A stretch of 64,000 nt of DNA from an uncultured Actinomycetes bacterium (GCA_963749895.1 CAVVOG010000001.1:1046901-1110900); one strand, 5' to 3'. Positions 1-11,243 are shown, counted from the first letter of the stretch. Notes: generated from the sequence alone by a model not told the origin. A program made the numbers and translations.

Positions 1-993
1 GCAGGCGCGGGGACCAGGCGCCGATCGTCACGACGCCGGTCCTGGTTCCGTCGATGTTCACGGCCATCCCCGAGGACGGCGTCACGGTGGCGCAGGTCAC
101 GCCGAACAGGCGGGTGCGAGGGTCCGCATCCACCAGCGCGTCGCGCCCGATGAACGACGGCTTGTCGAGGTTCACGAACCGCCCGAGCCCGGCCGCGAAC
201 GGCGTCATCCGCTCGTTCATGTCGGTGGTGTTGTCGAGGATGCCCGCCTCGATCCGCCGGATACCGAGCGAGTCGAGCCCCTGAACACCCATGCCCAGTG
301 GCGTACCGGCGGCCACGAGGTGGTCCCACAGCGCACCCCCGTCGACGCCGCGCTCCGTGTAGACCTCGAAGCCGAGTTCGCCGGACCACCCCGTCCGCGT
401 GATCAGGACGTCCTGGCCGCCGATCCGTCGGCGAGCGACCCCGAAGTAGGGGAACGGTTCCGGCGGTCTGTCGTCGCACGCGGCCGCGAGGACGTCCAGG
501 GCCCTCGGCCCTTGGACCGCGGCGACCCAGGACTTCGGGTCGCTGATGGTGACGTCGAGGCCGACCGCATGTGCGCGCAGCCACCCGAGGAAGTCCCCGT
601 CGGCCATCGCGTACCAGAAGCGATGCGGTTCCAGCCGGACCAAGATCCCGTCCATCAGCAGACCGCCGTCCGCGTTGCACGCGATCGCGTAGCGCGCCTT
701 CCCGACGGCGAGCGACGCGACGTCACAGACCATCAGGTGGTCGAGGAACCGTTCGGCGTCGGGGCCTTCGATCTCGATCGGACGCTCGGGAACGTCGAAG
801 AGGGCAGCGTCCGTGATGAGCTGCTCGTAGTCAGCGAGCACGTCGCCGCCGATCGACAGAGGGAAGAGCCGCCCGCTGTAGATACCGAACACGGTGTCGT
901 CGGTCACGTAGCGATCGACGAACGGCGAGTGCTCGAACTTCTGCACGTCCAGCCGGAGGACCGGGTGGGTCGCGATGTAGCTCCGTGGGGACA

Positions 994-994
<1 letters not shown>
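1..994 (-). CDS. aminomethyltransferase (GcvT/T-protein fold) family protein; C-terminal part runs off the window start
   Basis: Manual reverse translation from ATG (complement of 992-994): MSPRSYIATHPVLRLDVQKFEHSPFVDRYVTDDTVFGIYSG...TRTGWSGELGFEVY. High GC3 coding. The start overlaps the thiolase stop (TGATG). This ORF is absent from the track because it is truncated. Confidence 0.7.
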
Positions 995-2181
<1,187 letters not shown>

Positions 2182-2201
2182 CTCAGCTCTCCCATCGCTC
2201 C

Positions 2202-3008
2202 TCACATCGTCCCCACCATGCCGCCCGCAACGGGGAGCGTGATCCCGGTCACGTAGTCGGCATCGGGGGAGACGAGGAAGGCGATCACCGACGCGACCTC
2301 TTCGGCCGTCCCGGGGCGCCCCATCGGGATGTCCTCGATCAACCTGCGACGGGCGTCCTCCGGGATCCCGTGGTCATCGCCGGGTCGACGTACCTGGGTC
2401 AGCCGCGTGTCGATGAAGCCCGGTGCGACCGCGTTCACGTTGATCGAGAACGGTGCGAGTTCGCGCGCCATCGTGCGGGTCGCGGCGATCAGCGCGCCTT
2501 TGGTGGCGACGTAGTTGAACTGACCCGGGTTGCCGATCAGCGCCGACGCGCTCGACATGAAGACGATCTTGCGGTGGTGCCTGGGCTTCCCCAGCTCCGC
2601 GATCTCGCGCTTGGCGGCCTCACGCAGATGGGGCATCGCCGCGAGCGACGCATGGAACCCCGTCCGGAGGTTCACGTCGATCGCGATATCGAGGAGCTCA
2701 TCGCTCATCTTGTGGAACATGGCGTCTCGGGTGATCCCCGCGACGTTGACGAGGATGTCGAGCTGCCCGAAGGTGTCGACCGCGGCGGCGACCAGCGTCG
2801 CGGCGGCCGCAGCGTCGACCGTGTCGGCGACGACGGGGATCGCTCGACCACCCTCACGGACGATCAGATCGGCGGTCTCGCTCACCGCCTCCTCATCGAT
2901 GTCGTTCGCCACGACCGCGGCACCCTCGCGCGCCAGGCGCGCGGCCGTGGCACGACCGATCCCGCGCCCTGCGCCGGTCACGATCGCCACTCGGTGGTCG
3001 AGGTCCAT
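2202..3008 (-). CDS. SDR family NAD(P)-dependent oxidoreductase (3-oxoacyl reductase-like)
   Basis: VAIVTGAGRGIG Rossmann motif and NYVATKGAL (YxxxK) catalytic region. ATG at 3008. Stop overlaps the thiolase start region. Confidence 0.85.
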   Translation of the reverse strand: MDLDHRVAIVTGAGRGIGRATAARLAREGAAVVANDIDEEAVSETADLIVREGGRAIPVVADTVDAAAAATLVAAAVDTFGQLDILVNVAGITRDAMFHKMSDELLDIAIDVNLRTGFHASLAAMPHLREAAKREIAELGKPRHHRKIVFMSSASALIGNPGQFNYVATKGALIAATRTMARELAPFSINVNAVAPGFIDTRLTQVRRPGDDHGIPEDARRRLIEDIPMGRPGTAEEVASVIAFLVSPDADYVTGITLPVAGGMVGTM

Positions 3009-3016
3009 GAGCCCGA

Positions 3017-4123
3017 TCACCCCGCGGCGCGACGCGCGAGGTCGCGCGCGATCACCATCCGCTGGATCTCCGCGGTGCCGTCGACGACCTGCAGCATCTT
3101 CGCGAGGGCGATGAACCGAGCGAGCGGGTGGTCATGGAGCCATCCGTAGGCGCCGAGCGTCTCGCTGCATGCGATCGCGGCGCGCAGGGCCGCGTCGGGC
3201 CCGAACCGCTTCGCGTGGGCGACCGCGACCGGTCCGCCGGGGGATCCGAGCGCATCGGCTGCCCGCATCGTCAGCCCTCGCGCGGCCTCGAGCTCGGTGG
3301 CGACGTCGGCCAGCACCCAGCCGATCCCCTGGTGTTCCAGGATCGGCGTGCCGAACGTCGTGCGTTCCATCGCGTAGCGGGTCGCGACGTCGAGCGCCTC
3401 GGCGTGCAGGCCGTTCGAGATCGCCGCGATGTCGAACCGGGCGACGTCGATCGCGGCGAGCGCGGCCTTGAGTCCCTGGCCCGGAGGGACCAGCAACGTC
3501 GCGGGTGCGCCGGCGAGGGCCATCTCGGTGATCGGCAGGAAATCCGAGGCCGCCTTGCGGTAGGGATCGGCGAACGACACGCCCTCGGAAGAGGCGTCGA
3601 GCGCGAACATCGCGATGCTGCGGTGCCCCGGCTCGTCGACCGTCTTCGCGACCACCAGGAACACGTCGGCCTCGCCGCCGAGCGTCACCCACGCCTTGCG
3701 GCCGGTGAGCGTCCACCCCGCGGGCCCCTCGGTGCCGATGGTCGTGATCGCCGTCGCGTCCGAGCCGGTGTGTGGCTCGGTCAGGCAGAACCCCCCGAGC
3801 GCCTCGCCGGACACGAGCGGTCGCGCCCACCGGGCACGGAGGTCGTCCCCCCCGGCGCGCGTCACCGCCGCCGCCACGGCGTTGTGCATCGAGATCGAGA
3901 AGGCGAGGGAGGCGTCGCCGCGCCCGAGCGCCTCGAACACCCCGACGGCCTCCGGGTAGGACAGGTCGAGGCCGCCGTCGTCGGCCGGGGCGAACAGCCC
4001 CGTCAGCCCGGACGCCGCCACCGCTCCTCGCGGATAGGCCGCCTGCTGCTCCCACCCCTGGACCGAGGGGCGGACGACGTCGTCGACGAACCGGGTCGCG
4101 GTCTCACGCGCAGATGTGGTCAT
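3017..4123 (-). CDS. acyl-CoA dehydrogenase
   Basis: 368 aa. GFCLTEPHTGSDA and C-terminal TAEIQRMVIARDL motifs are typical of the ACAD family. It is the first gene of a four-gene minus-strand operon. Confidence 0.9.
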   Translation of the reverse strand: MTTSARETATRFVDDVVRPSVQGWEQQAAYPRGAVAASGLTGLFAPADDGGLDLSYPEAVGVFEALGRGDASLAFSISMHNAVAAAVTRAGGDDLRARWARPLVSGEALGGFCLTEPHTGSDATAITTIGTEGPAGWTLTGRKAWVTLGGEADVFLVVAKTVDEPGHRSIAMFALDASSEGVSFADPYRKAASDFLPITEMALAGAPATLLVPPGQGLKAALAAIDVARFDIAAISNGLHAEALDVATRYAMERTTFGTPILEHQGIGWVLADVATELEAARGLTMRAADALGSPGGPVAVAHAKRFGPDAALRAAIACSETLGAYGWLHDHPLARFIALAKMLQVVDGTAEIQRMVIARDLARRAAG

Positions 4124-4142
4124 GGCACGACGCTACGGGATA

Positions 4143-4158
4143 ACTGACGGACCAGTCA
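4143..4158. promoter_or_regulatory. candidate TetR operator (imperfect inverted repeat ACTGAC-N-GTCA) in the divergent intergenic region
   Basis: The 184 bp intergenic region between divergent ACAD operon and TetR gene contains actgacggaccagtca (TGAC...GTCA half-sites). Confidence 0.25.
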
Positions 4159-4307
4159 AACAAGCAGCGCCGGCGCTCCAGCCCGCCACGTCGGATACCG
4201 TCATGGCCGGATCACCTGGGAGACTGCTCCCGTCACGGGGCAGACCGTGGCCGGCGCGCCGCGTGTGGTCGGTCGTGCGGCGGAGATGACGAGGAGAGGG
4301 ACGGGGC

Positions 4308-4907
4308 ATGAGTCCACGCCCGAGCGTCGAGGAACAGCGGCGCGAGGAGGTCCTGCAGGCGACCTTGGAGCTGATCACCGAGGTCGGCTACGGACGTGTG
4401 CGGGTCGCCGACATCGCCGAGCGGGTCGGGATGAGTACCGGGACGATCCACTACTACTTCGACACGAAGGAAGACGTGCTCGACGCGGCCTTCCGGTTCG
4501 CGGTCGCCGCGTCGCGTCGCCGATCCGAAGAGGCGATCACCGGGATCGACGACCCGTGGGACCGGCTCGAGGCGCTGGTCGACGCGCACCTGCCCAACGC
4601 CGACGGCCGGACCGAGTGGCTGATCTGGCTCCAGCTGTGGAACGAGGCGTCCGTCCGCCCTCGCCTGCGGGCCCTGAACGACGAGTCCTACGGTGAGTGG
4701 ATCGAGCGCGTCGAGTCGATCGTCCGGGAGGGGCAGGACAGCGGTACGTTCCGGCCGATCGACGCCCACGACTTCGTCCTTCGGCTCCTCACGATGATGG
4801 ACGGCCTCGTGATCCAGGTCTTGATGGGGTCCGTCGAGGTCGACGTCGCGCACCTCCGGAAGCTGCTGCTGGGCTTCGCGCGTCGCGAGCTGCTCGCGGA
4901 AATCTGA
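4308..4907 (+). CDS. TetR/AcrR family transcriptional regulator
   Basis: N-terminal HTH (RVADIAERVGMSTGTIHYYFDTKEDVL). Strong RBS gaggagaggg upstream of ATG 4308. Divergent from the beta-oxidation-like operon. Confidence 0.85.
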   Translation: MSPRPSVEEQRREEVLQATLELITEVGYGRVRVADIAERVGMSTGTIHYYFDTKEDVLDAAFRFAVAASRRRSEEAITGIDDPWDRLEALVDAHLPNADGRTEWLIWLQLWNEASVRPRLRALNDESYGEWIERVESIVREGQDSGTFRPIDAHDFVLRLLTMMDGLVIQVLMGSVEVDVAHLRKLLLGFARRELLAEI

Positions 4908-4914
4908 GGAGGGC

Positions 4915-5371
4915 TCAGCTCAGGGCGTCGCACACGTCGATCGTGTGCCGCGAGTTCGTCGGGGCGCCCGCGTCGTCGAACGTCAGGTTCCCCACCGCGA
5001 TCGCCGGGCGGCCGTCGGCGGTGAAGACGTACCAGCGGCCCGTGCCGCGGACCAGGTCGCCGTCCGCGTCGTAGAAGCTCGGACCCGAGATCGCGTAGCG
5101 GACGGACCGGTCGGTCCGCAGGTTCGTGAAGGTCGCCGTGATCGGGCCGGTCGCCTTGCCTCGGGTGATGTTCCCGTCCCGGTCCATGAACAGGAACGAC
5201 TGGCCCTTGCCCCTGACGACCAGGAGGACGGGGAACCCGCAGGTCGCAGCCGCTCATCCGCTCGGTCACGGTGAACCCGTAACGGACGATGACGGGTGCG
5301 ACCGCGCTCGCCGGGAGGGCGAGCGACAGGGACAGGGTTCCGGCGATCAGGATCGCGGCGAGTCGTCTCAT
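4915..5371 (-). pseudogene. secreted hypothetical protein with apparent +1 frameshift (pseudogene or assembly indel)
   Basis: Signal peptide MRRLAAILIAGTLSLSLALPASA...ERMSGCDLRVP is in one frame (start at 5371). It continues as LLVVRGKGQSFLFMDRDGNITRGK...DVCDALS (track ORF 4915..5187) in another frame. The frames join near 5215-5245, next to a G4/C3 run. Confidence 0.4.
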
Positions 5372-5706
5372 CGCGCGGAGCGTAGCGCGACCGGGGGAAC
5401 CCGTGCATCCGACATACGGGTCCCTCCTCTCGGGGTTGCCTGCCGACGAACGGTGGTCGGTTCGAGCCATCGTCGGGGGGAGGCCGTCCGCCGATCCGGT
5501 CGGCGTCGGGCCTACACCGGGCGCCGGGGACGGCTCAGACAGGCTCACCGCGCGAACGGGGGGCCGCTTGCGCGCCCGATCCGTGCGAGGTATCTGTGGG
5601 CCTTCCTAAGCGCCGTCGCCCGTGGCGGCATCCAGGTACGCGATGCAGGCAGAGGGCGAACTCGTGCAGATCCCGAACACGGGGGCGGCGACCGGAGGAC
5701 TTCGGC

Positions 5707-6162
5707 GTGTTCTACGCGGAGGAGCACCGGCGGCTGTTCAAGGCGCTGTACTTCGTGTGCGGGGACCGGGCGGACGCCGCCGACCTGATGCAGGACGCCT
5801 TCGCGAAGCTCTGGGAGCGGTGGGACCGGATCGACCGGATCGACGATCCCACCGCGTACCTGTTCCGGGTCGCGCTGAACGGGTGGCGGATGCAACGCCG
5901 CGCCGCGCAGCGGGCCGCGAAGCGGCTCGTGGCACCGGCTCGGGGTCCCGACCCGTTCGGTGAGATCGAGCTCCGCGAAGACGTCCAGGCGATGCTTCGG
6001 TCGTTGGCGCCGCGTCAGCGGGCCGCCCTCGTGCTGCTCGACATCTACGGCTACGGCTCGGAAGAGGCGGCGCGGATCATGGGGATCCGTCCGTCGACCG
6101 TCCGCGCGTTGGCCACGCAGGGCCGTGCCGTCCTCCGCACCCGGGAGACCCGCGATGAGTGA
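5707..6162 (+). CDS. ECF (sigma-70 family, group IV) RNA polymerase sigma factor
   Basis: Region 2 (DLMQDAFAKLWERW) and region 4 (EEAARIMGIRPSTVRALATQGR) are present. The track ORF starts at 5596, but the Arg-rich N-terminus is likely non-coding. Proposed start is the GTG at 5707. Confidence 0.75.
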   Translation: MFYAEEHRRLFKALYFVCGDRADAADLMQDAFAKLWERWDRIDRIDDPTAYLFRVALNGWRMQRRAAQRAAKRLVAPARGPDPFGEIELREDVQAMLRSLAPRQRAALVLLDIYGYGSEEAARIMGIRPSTVRALATQGRAVLRTRETRDE

Positions 6163-7183
6163 GACGAGAGAGGTGTTCGAGATGGTGACGAAGCAGACCG
6201 AGCCCGATCTGGGCTCGTGGAAGGACCAGGAACGGCACCAGCGGAAGCGGGCACAGCGGCGGAAGGCCGGCGCGTTCGCCGTGGTCGCGGCGCTGGTCGT
6301 CGCGGGCGGGGTGGCCTTCGCCCTGCAGGACGACGATCCGACGAGCGGGGTCGCCGATCAGCCGACGCCCTCACCGACCGGGGCCGTCGACACCGTCCCG
6401 ACGTACACGGCGGGGTTCCTCGGCTACCTCGATCTCACGACCGGCGAGACGTCGATGACGGAGATCATCCCGAACACATCCGCGATCGACGTGTCACCCG
6501 ACGGGGATCGGATCGTGTACGTCGATCAGGATCGGACCGTGTACGTCGCCGATCTCGACGGGTCGAACGCTCAGGCGGTCACGCAGGCCCGCGCCGGCGC
6601 GGGTCCCACCGGGCCCCAGTGGTCACCGGACGGATCGAGCATCGTCTTGCAGGACGGTGCGGTGGGCTCGTCGATCGGCAACCTCTACGTCGTGGACGTG
6701 GGATCGGGCGAGGTCCGTCAGATCACCGACACCGAAGGCGTGGAGACGGAGGGTCTGTACTACATGTCGCCGACCTTCGACCCGACGGGCGCCACCGTCA
6801 TGTTCACGATGCCGACCACCGTCGGGGACCAGGAGCGCTACGACCTGTGGTCCGTGCCGGTGACCGGCGGTGAGCCGACGCTCGTGCGACGGGGAGCGAC
6901 GTTCGGCGACTACTCGCCCGACGGGACCCAGATCGCCTTCATCGAGGACGGGGGGTTCGGGGACCTCTTCGTGGCACCGACGGCCGGCGGCGAGGCGCGG
7001 AAGCTGGCGACCGGGGCGAGCGTCGTGCCGCGGTGGTCCCCGGACGGATCCCGGATCGTCTACAACGACGGGGCGGGCCGCGTCTACGTCGTGGACGTGC
7101 AGACCGGTGAGCAAACCCTCGTCGTCGAGACCTCACACCTGCCGGCGTGGGTCGACGACGACACGCTGAGCCTCACCCCGTAG
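6155..7183 (+). CDS. anti-sigma factor with one TM helix and extracytoplasmic TolB-like (PD40) beta-propeller domain
   Basis: ATG 6155 overlaps the sigma stop (ATGAGTGA). It has a short cytoplasmic N-terminus, TM AFAVVAALVVAGGVAFAL, then repeated SPDGxxIVY and WSPDGS propeller motifs. Confidence 0.7.
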   Translation: MSETREVFEMVTKQTEPDLGSWKDQERHQRKRAQRRKAGAFAVVAALVVAGGVAFALQDDDPTSGVADQPTPSPTGAVDTVPTYTAGFLGYLDLTTGETSMTEIIPNTSAIDVSPDGDRIVYVDQDRTVYVADLDGSNAQAVTQARAGAGPTGPQWSPDGSSIVLQDGAVGSSIGNLYVVDVGSGEVRQITDTEGVETEGLYYMSPTFDPTGATVMFTMPTTVGDQERYDLWSVPVTGGEPTLVRRGATFGDYSPDGTQIAFIEDGGFGDLFVAPTAGGEARKLATGASVVPRWSPDGSRIVYNDGAGRVYVVDVQTGEQTLVVETSHLPAWVDDDTLSLTP

Positions 7184-7322
7184 CGCGTCACGACCTAAGC
7201 GATCCGGCGGCCTCGCGCATCTACATGTGGAGGAGGAGTCCGGGACGAGCGTCCGTACGCTCAGCCCGCGTCCGGGATCGCCTTTCACGAACGAGGCCGA
7301 GAGGCCTGAGACAGGGGGGAAC

Positions 7323-8282
7323 ATGTCGAGAACGAGACGCCGGATCGCGCTGTCCGTGCCGATCTGGATGGCGCTGCTGCTCGCGTCGGCGGCCGCTGCC
7401 AACGCCGCTTGGAGCGAGCCGGTGAACCTGAGCGACATCCCGGGCACCCATCCGGACGTGAACACCCCGTACGTCGAGGGGTGTCCGATGCAGTCGCCGA
7501 GCGGCCTCCGCCTCTACATGGCCTCGAACCGACCCGGCGGGTTGGGCGGCCTGGACATCTGGATGGCGAGCCGCGCGACGCAGGGAGATCCGTGGGGTGA
7601 GCCGGTGAACCTCGGGGCGCCGGTGAACAGCAGCGCCGACGACTTCTGTCCGTCGCCCGTACGCAAGGGGCGCTTGTTCTTCGTGAGCACCCGTGACGGT
7701 GGGTGCGGCGGGGGCGACATCTATCGGACGAGGCGTCGTGACGGCGTGTTCGCCGGTCCGGTGCGTAACCTCGGGTGCGAGGTGAACAGCTCGGCCGGCG
7801 AGGCGAGCCCGTCGCTGGTGGAAGCCGGTCGCAGGCCGATGCTCTTCTTCTCGAGCAACCGACCCGGAGGCTTCGCGACCGATCCGGTGGGTGGCGTGCC
7901 CGATTCCGACATCTACGTCAGCACGCTCCGGTCGGGCGGATGGACCGCCCCCGCCCTCGCGGAGGGCCTCAACACGGCTGCCGAGGACGCTCGGCCCAAC
8001 GTTCGCCGAGACGGTCGCTTCGTGGTGTTCGACTCCACCCGGCCGGGCACGTTGGGCGGACCCGACATCTTCGCGGCGACGCGGGCGGGCCTGCACACGG
8101 CCTGGTCGACGCCGATGCACCTTCCGGCGCCGATCAACACGGCCGCGAGCGAGAGCCGCGCCTCCCTGTCGAGCGACGGCAAGACGATGTACTTCGGATC
8201 GAACCGACCCGGCGGGGAGCTCGACCCGGTCACATCGCTGCCTTCGAACGACCTCTACCGCACCCGGCTGATCGCCGGGTGA
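7323..8282 (+). CDS. secreted PD40/TolB-like beta-propeller repeat protein
   Basis: Signal peptide MSRTRRRIALSVPIWMALLLASAAAANA. Five repeats of the pattern FxSNRPGGxGGxDIY. Confidence 0.7.
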   Translation: MSRTRRRIALSVPIWMALLLASAAAANAAWSEPVNLSDIPGTHPDVNTPYVEGCPMQSPSGLRLYMASNRPGGLGGLDIWMASRATQGDPWGEPVNLGAPVNSSADDFCPSPVRKGRLFFVSTRDGGCGGGDIYRTRRRDGVFAGPVRNLGCEVNSSAGEASPSLVEAGRRPMLFFSSNRPGGFATDPVGGVPDSDIYVSTLRSGGWTAPALAEGLNTAAEDARPNVRRDGRFVVFDSTRPGTLGGPDIFAATRAGLHTAWSTPMHLPAPINTAASESRASLSSDGKTMYFGSNRPGGELDPVTSLPSNDLYRTRLIAG

Positions 8283-8325
8283 GCGGGCGATCGGCGCGGG
8301 CCCTTCGGGTCCGCGCCGGTGGTCC

Positions 8326-9696
8326 TCACGTCATCGTCCCGAGGACGGCCCGGACGTGGTCCAGGGTCGTCCTCGGGTTGAGGAAGCACAGCCGCGCGAT
8401 CTTCTCGCCTTTCCACGAGGTGGGCTGGACGAACGCGATCTGCGCGTCGAGCAGCCGGCGCCACCAGCCCTCGTAGTCAGCGGCGCTCCACCCGACCCGG
8501 CGGAACAGTACGACCGACAGCTCCGGTTCCATCACGAGCTCCAGTTCGCGGTGGCGCTCGACCTCGGCGGCCGTCTGCCGAGCGAGGGTGAGGGCCGCCT
8601 CGACCGCGTCCCGGTAGGCATCGGTGCCGTAGGTCGCGAGCGAGAACCACAGCGGAAGCCCGCGGGCCCGCCGCGAGAGGTGGTAGGCGTAGTCGGAGGG
8701 GTTCCAGTCGGTCGCTTGCTGCTCGTAGGCGCTATCCAGGTACGACGCCTCCTGTCGGTGCGCGGCGCGGGCGAGCGCCGGGTCTCGGTACAGCAGGGCG
8801 CAGGCGTCGTAGGGCGCGAACAGCCACTTGTGGGGATCGACGATGAACGAGTCCGCCCGTTCGATCCCGCGGAAGAGCCCGCGCACCGACGGGGCGAGGA
8901 GCCCGGCGCCGCCGTAGGCGCCGTCGACGTGCATCCACAGGCCGCGGGCCTCGGCGACGTCGGCCACGCCCGCCAGGTCGTCGACGGTGCCGGCGTTCGT
9001 CGAGCCGGCGCTCGCGACCACGGCGAACAGCCCGTCCGCCGTGGTGGGGTCGAGCCCGTCGAGCGTCCGGGCCAGCGCATCGCCGGTGAGGCGCCCGCGG
9101 TCGTCGGGCGGCACGTCGATCACGTCGACGTCCATCACCCGGGCCGCCGCCGCGACCGAGGAGTGGACCGTCTCGGCGCAGGCGATCGCCCACCGCAGGG
9201 GGCGTCCATCGCGCCGCGCCGCCGCCGCGTGCCGCGCCGTGACGAGCGCCGAGAGGTTCCCCGCCGAGCCGCCGGAGACGAACGCGCCCCCGGCCCCCGC
9301 GGGCATCCCGACCAGGTCGGCGATCCATCGGAGCGTCTCGTTCTCGGCCCAGATCGCGCCGGCGCCGTCGATCCAGCCGGCCGCGATCGTGGAGGAGGCC
9401 CCGACCACCAGGTCGAACAGGACGCTCGCCTTCGTCGGGGCACCGGGCACGAACGCGAGGGCCGCGGGGTGGTCGGTCGAGATCGTGGAGGGGGCGAGGA
9501 CCTCGGCCCAGACCCGTAGCGCCTCCTCCCAGCCGACGCCCTCGGGTGTGATCGTCTCGCCGGCGCGGGCGGTCAGCTCCTCGGCCGAGAGCGTCAGGTC
9601 GAGCGGTTGGGGGTTGGCGATGCGGCCGCGTGCGTAGGCGACGATCGCGCGCGCGAGCTCCTCGGTGTCGTCGTTGAACCCGTGCATCAGCTGCAT
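8326..9696 (-). CDS. pyridoxal-dependent decarboxylase (group II, DABA/glutamate decarboxylase-like)
   Basis: SFIVDPHKW is the PLP-lysine motif of group II decarboxylases. Start MQLMHGF at 9696 is preferred because AGGAAGGGG lies 9 nt upstream. Confidence 0.85.
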   Translation of the reverse strand: MQLMHGFNDDTEELARAIVAYARGRIANPQPLDLTLSAEELTARAGETITPEGVGWEEALRVWAEVLAPSTISTDHPAALAFVPGAPTKASVLFDLVVGASSTIAAGWIDGAGAIWAENETLRWIADLVGMPAGAGGAFVSGGSAGNLSALVTARHAAAARRDGRPLRWAIACAETVHSSVAAAARVMDVDVIDVPPDDRGRLTGDALARTLDGLDPTTADGLFAVVASAGSTNAGTVDDLAGVADVAEARGLWMHVDGAYGGAGLLAPSVRGLFRGIERADSFIVDPHKWLFAPYDACALLYRDPALARAAHRQEASYLDSAYEQQATDWNPSDYAYHLSRRARGLPLWFSLATYGTDAYRDAVEAALTLARQTAAEVERHRELELVMEPELSVVLFRRVGWSAADYEGWWRRLLDAQIAFVQPTSWKGEKIARLCFLNPRTTLDHVRAVLGTMT

Positions 9697-9780
9697 CTCA
9701 CCGAACCCCTTCCTCATACGCGAAAGGCCGGCCCCGTCGGGCCGGCCTCACCGCGTTCGGTCGCTACCCGGATGTGTCGG

Positions 9781-11163
9781 TTACTTCGCGAGCTCCTGGC
9801 AGAACTCGCCGAAGGCGTCCACGTAGGTCGCGATGTCGTCCTCGGTGTGCTGCACCGAGATCGTCCACTGCTCCTCGTCGCCGGGGGTCATGAAGATGCC
9901 CCGGTTGACCATCCACGGGTAGGAGGCCCAGTACAGCTCGGTGTGGGTCTCCAGGAAGTCCCGGTAGTTCGTGAGCGGCGTCTCGCGGTAGGACACGCAG
10001 CCCTTGGCGCCGAGGTCCACGGTGTGGCCGGGGATGCCGGCGTCGGCCATCGCGCGGGTGCACCCCTCGGACAGCAGCGTGCCGAGCTTGCCGAGGTGGT
10101 CGTAGGCGTCGCGCGTGAGCACCTGCGTGAGGGCCACGAGCCCGACCGCCGACGACAGCGGGTTCCCGTTGAAGGTGCCCTGCTGCGCCGCGCCCTTCGT
10201 GACGTACTCCATGATGGCCGCGTCGCCGCCGAAGGCACCGGTCGTCGCGCCGCCGCCGATCGCCTTGGCCCATGCCGCCAGGTGGGGCTGGACGCCGTAC
10301 CGCTCGGCCGCGCCGCCGTAGGCGATCGTGCCGCCGCACTTGACCTCGTCGAAGATCAGGACCGCGCCGTTCGCGTCGCACACGTCGCGGAGCGCCTGGA
10401 GGTAGCCGGGCGCCGGCACGACGATGCCGATGTTCATCATCACCGGCTCCAGGATCACCGCCGCGATCTGGCCGGGGTTGTCCGCGAAGGCCTGCTCGAG
10501 CGCGCTCGCGTCGTTGAACGGCACGATCAGCGTGGTCGGCCACAGGGCCTCGGGCACACCCTTGGAGGTCGGCTTCGTCGTGTACCAGGCCTTCCCCTCC
10601 TGGTCGACGTCGAAGCGCATGCCCAGCGCGTCGGCCTCGGGGACCACGGAGAACAGCACCGAGTCGTGGTGCCCGTGGTACGAGCCCTCCATCTTCACGA
10701 TCAGGTCGCGCCCGGTGGCGGCGCGCGCCACACGGATCGCGTCCATCGTGGCCTCGGTGCCCGAGTTCACGAAGCGGATCTGGTCGGCGTTGAAGCGCTC
10801 GCAGATCGCCTCGGACAGGGCGACCGTGTCGGGGGTGGTCACGGCGAAGTGGATCGCGTTCTCAGCAGCTTTCTTGATCGCTTCGACGATCTTCGGGTGG
10901 GCGTGGCCCACCACGTTGACCCCGAAGCCACCGTGGAAGTCCGTGTACTCCGTGCCGTCGACGTCCCACACCTTCGAGCCCTTGCCGCGCTCGAGGTAGA
11001 CGGGGTAGGGGTCGCCGGCCTGGAAGTTCGACACCACGCCGTTGGGCAGGCTCTTCGTGGCCCGCTCGAACAACGCCTTGGATGCCTGGGTCGACGCGAG
11101 GAGTTGCTCGGTTTCTGCGTCGGCGATCTCCGCCGCACGTGCCTTGAGACGCTCAAGGTCCAC
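9781..11163 (-). CDS. class III PLP aminotransferase (HemL/glutamate-1-semialdehyde aminomutase-like)
   Basis: FDEVKCGGTIAYGGAAERYGVQPHLAAWAKAIGGG parallels HemL FDEVMTGFRVAYGG...LGKVIGGG. GTG at 11163 is placed 8 nt after AGGAGG. Confidence 0.85.
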   Translation of the reverse strand: MDLERLKARAAEIADAETEQLLASTQASKALFERATKSLPNGVVSNFQAGDPYPVYLERGKGSKVWDVDGTEYTDFHGGFGVNVVGHAHPKIVEAIKKAAENAIHFAVTTPDTVALSEAICERFNADQIRFVNSGTEATMDAIRVARAATGRDLIVKMEGSYHGHHDSVLFSVVPEADALGMRFDVDQEGKAWYTTKPTSKGVPEALWPTTLIVPFNDASALEQAFADNPGQIAAVILEPVMMNIGIVVPAPGYLQALRDVCDANGAVLIFDEVKCGGTIAYGGAAERYGVQPHLAAWAKAIGGGATTGAFGGDAAIMEYVTKGAAQQGTFNGNPLSSAVGLVALTQVLTRDAYDHLGKLGTLLSEGCTRAMADAGIPGHTVDLGAKGCVSYRETPLTNYRDFLETHTELYWASYPWMVNRGIFMTPGDEEQWTISVQHTEDDIATYVDAFGEFCQELAK

Positions 11164-11243
11164 GTCTATCACCTCCTGAGTCCGGCAAGCCTAGCGGGTC
11201 CCCCGGTCCGCAGGCAATGTGGAAAAGCGGGCGTCTGCGCAGG

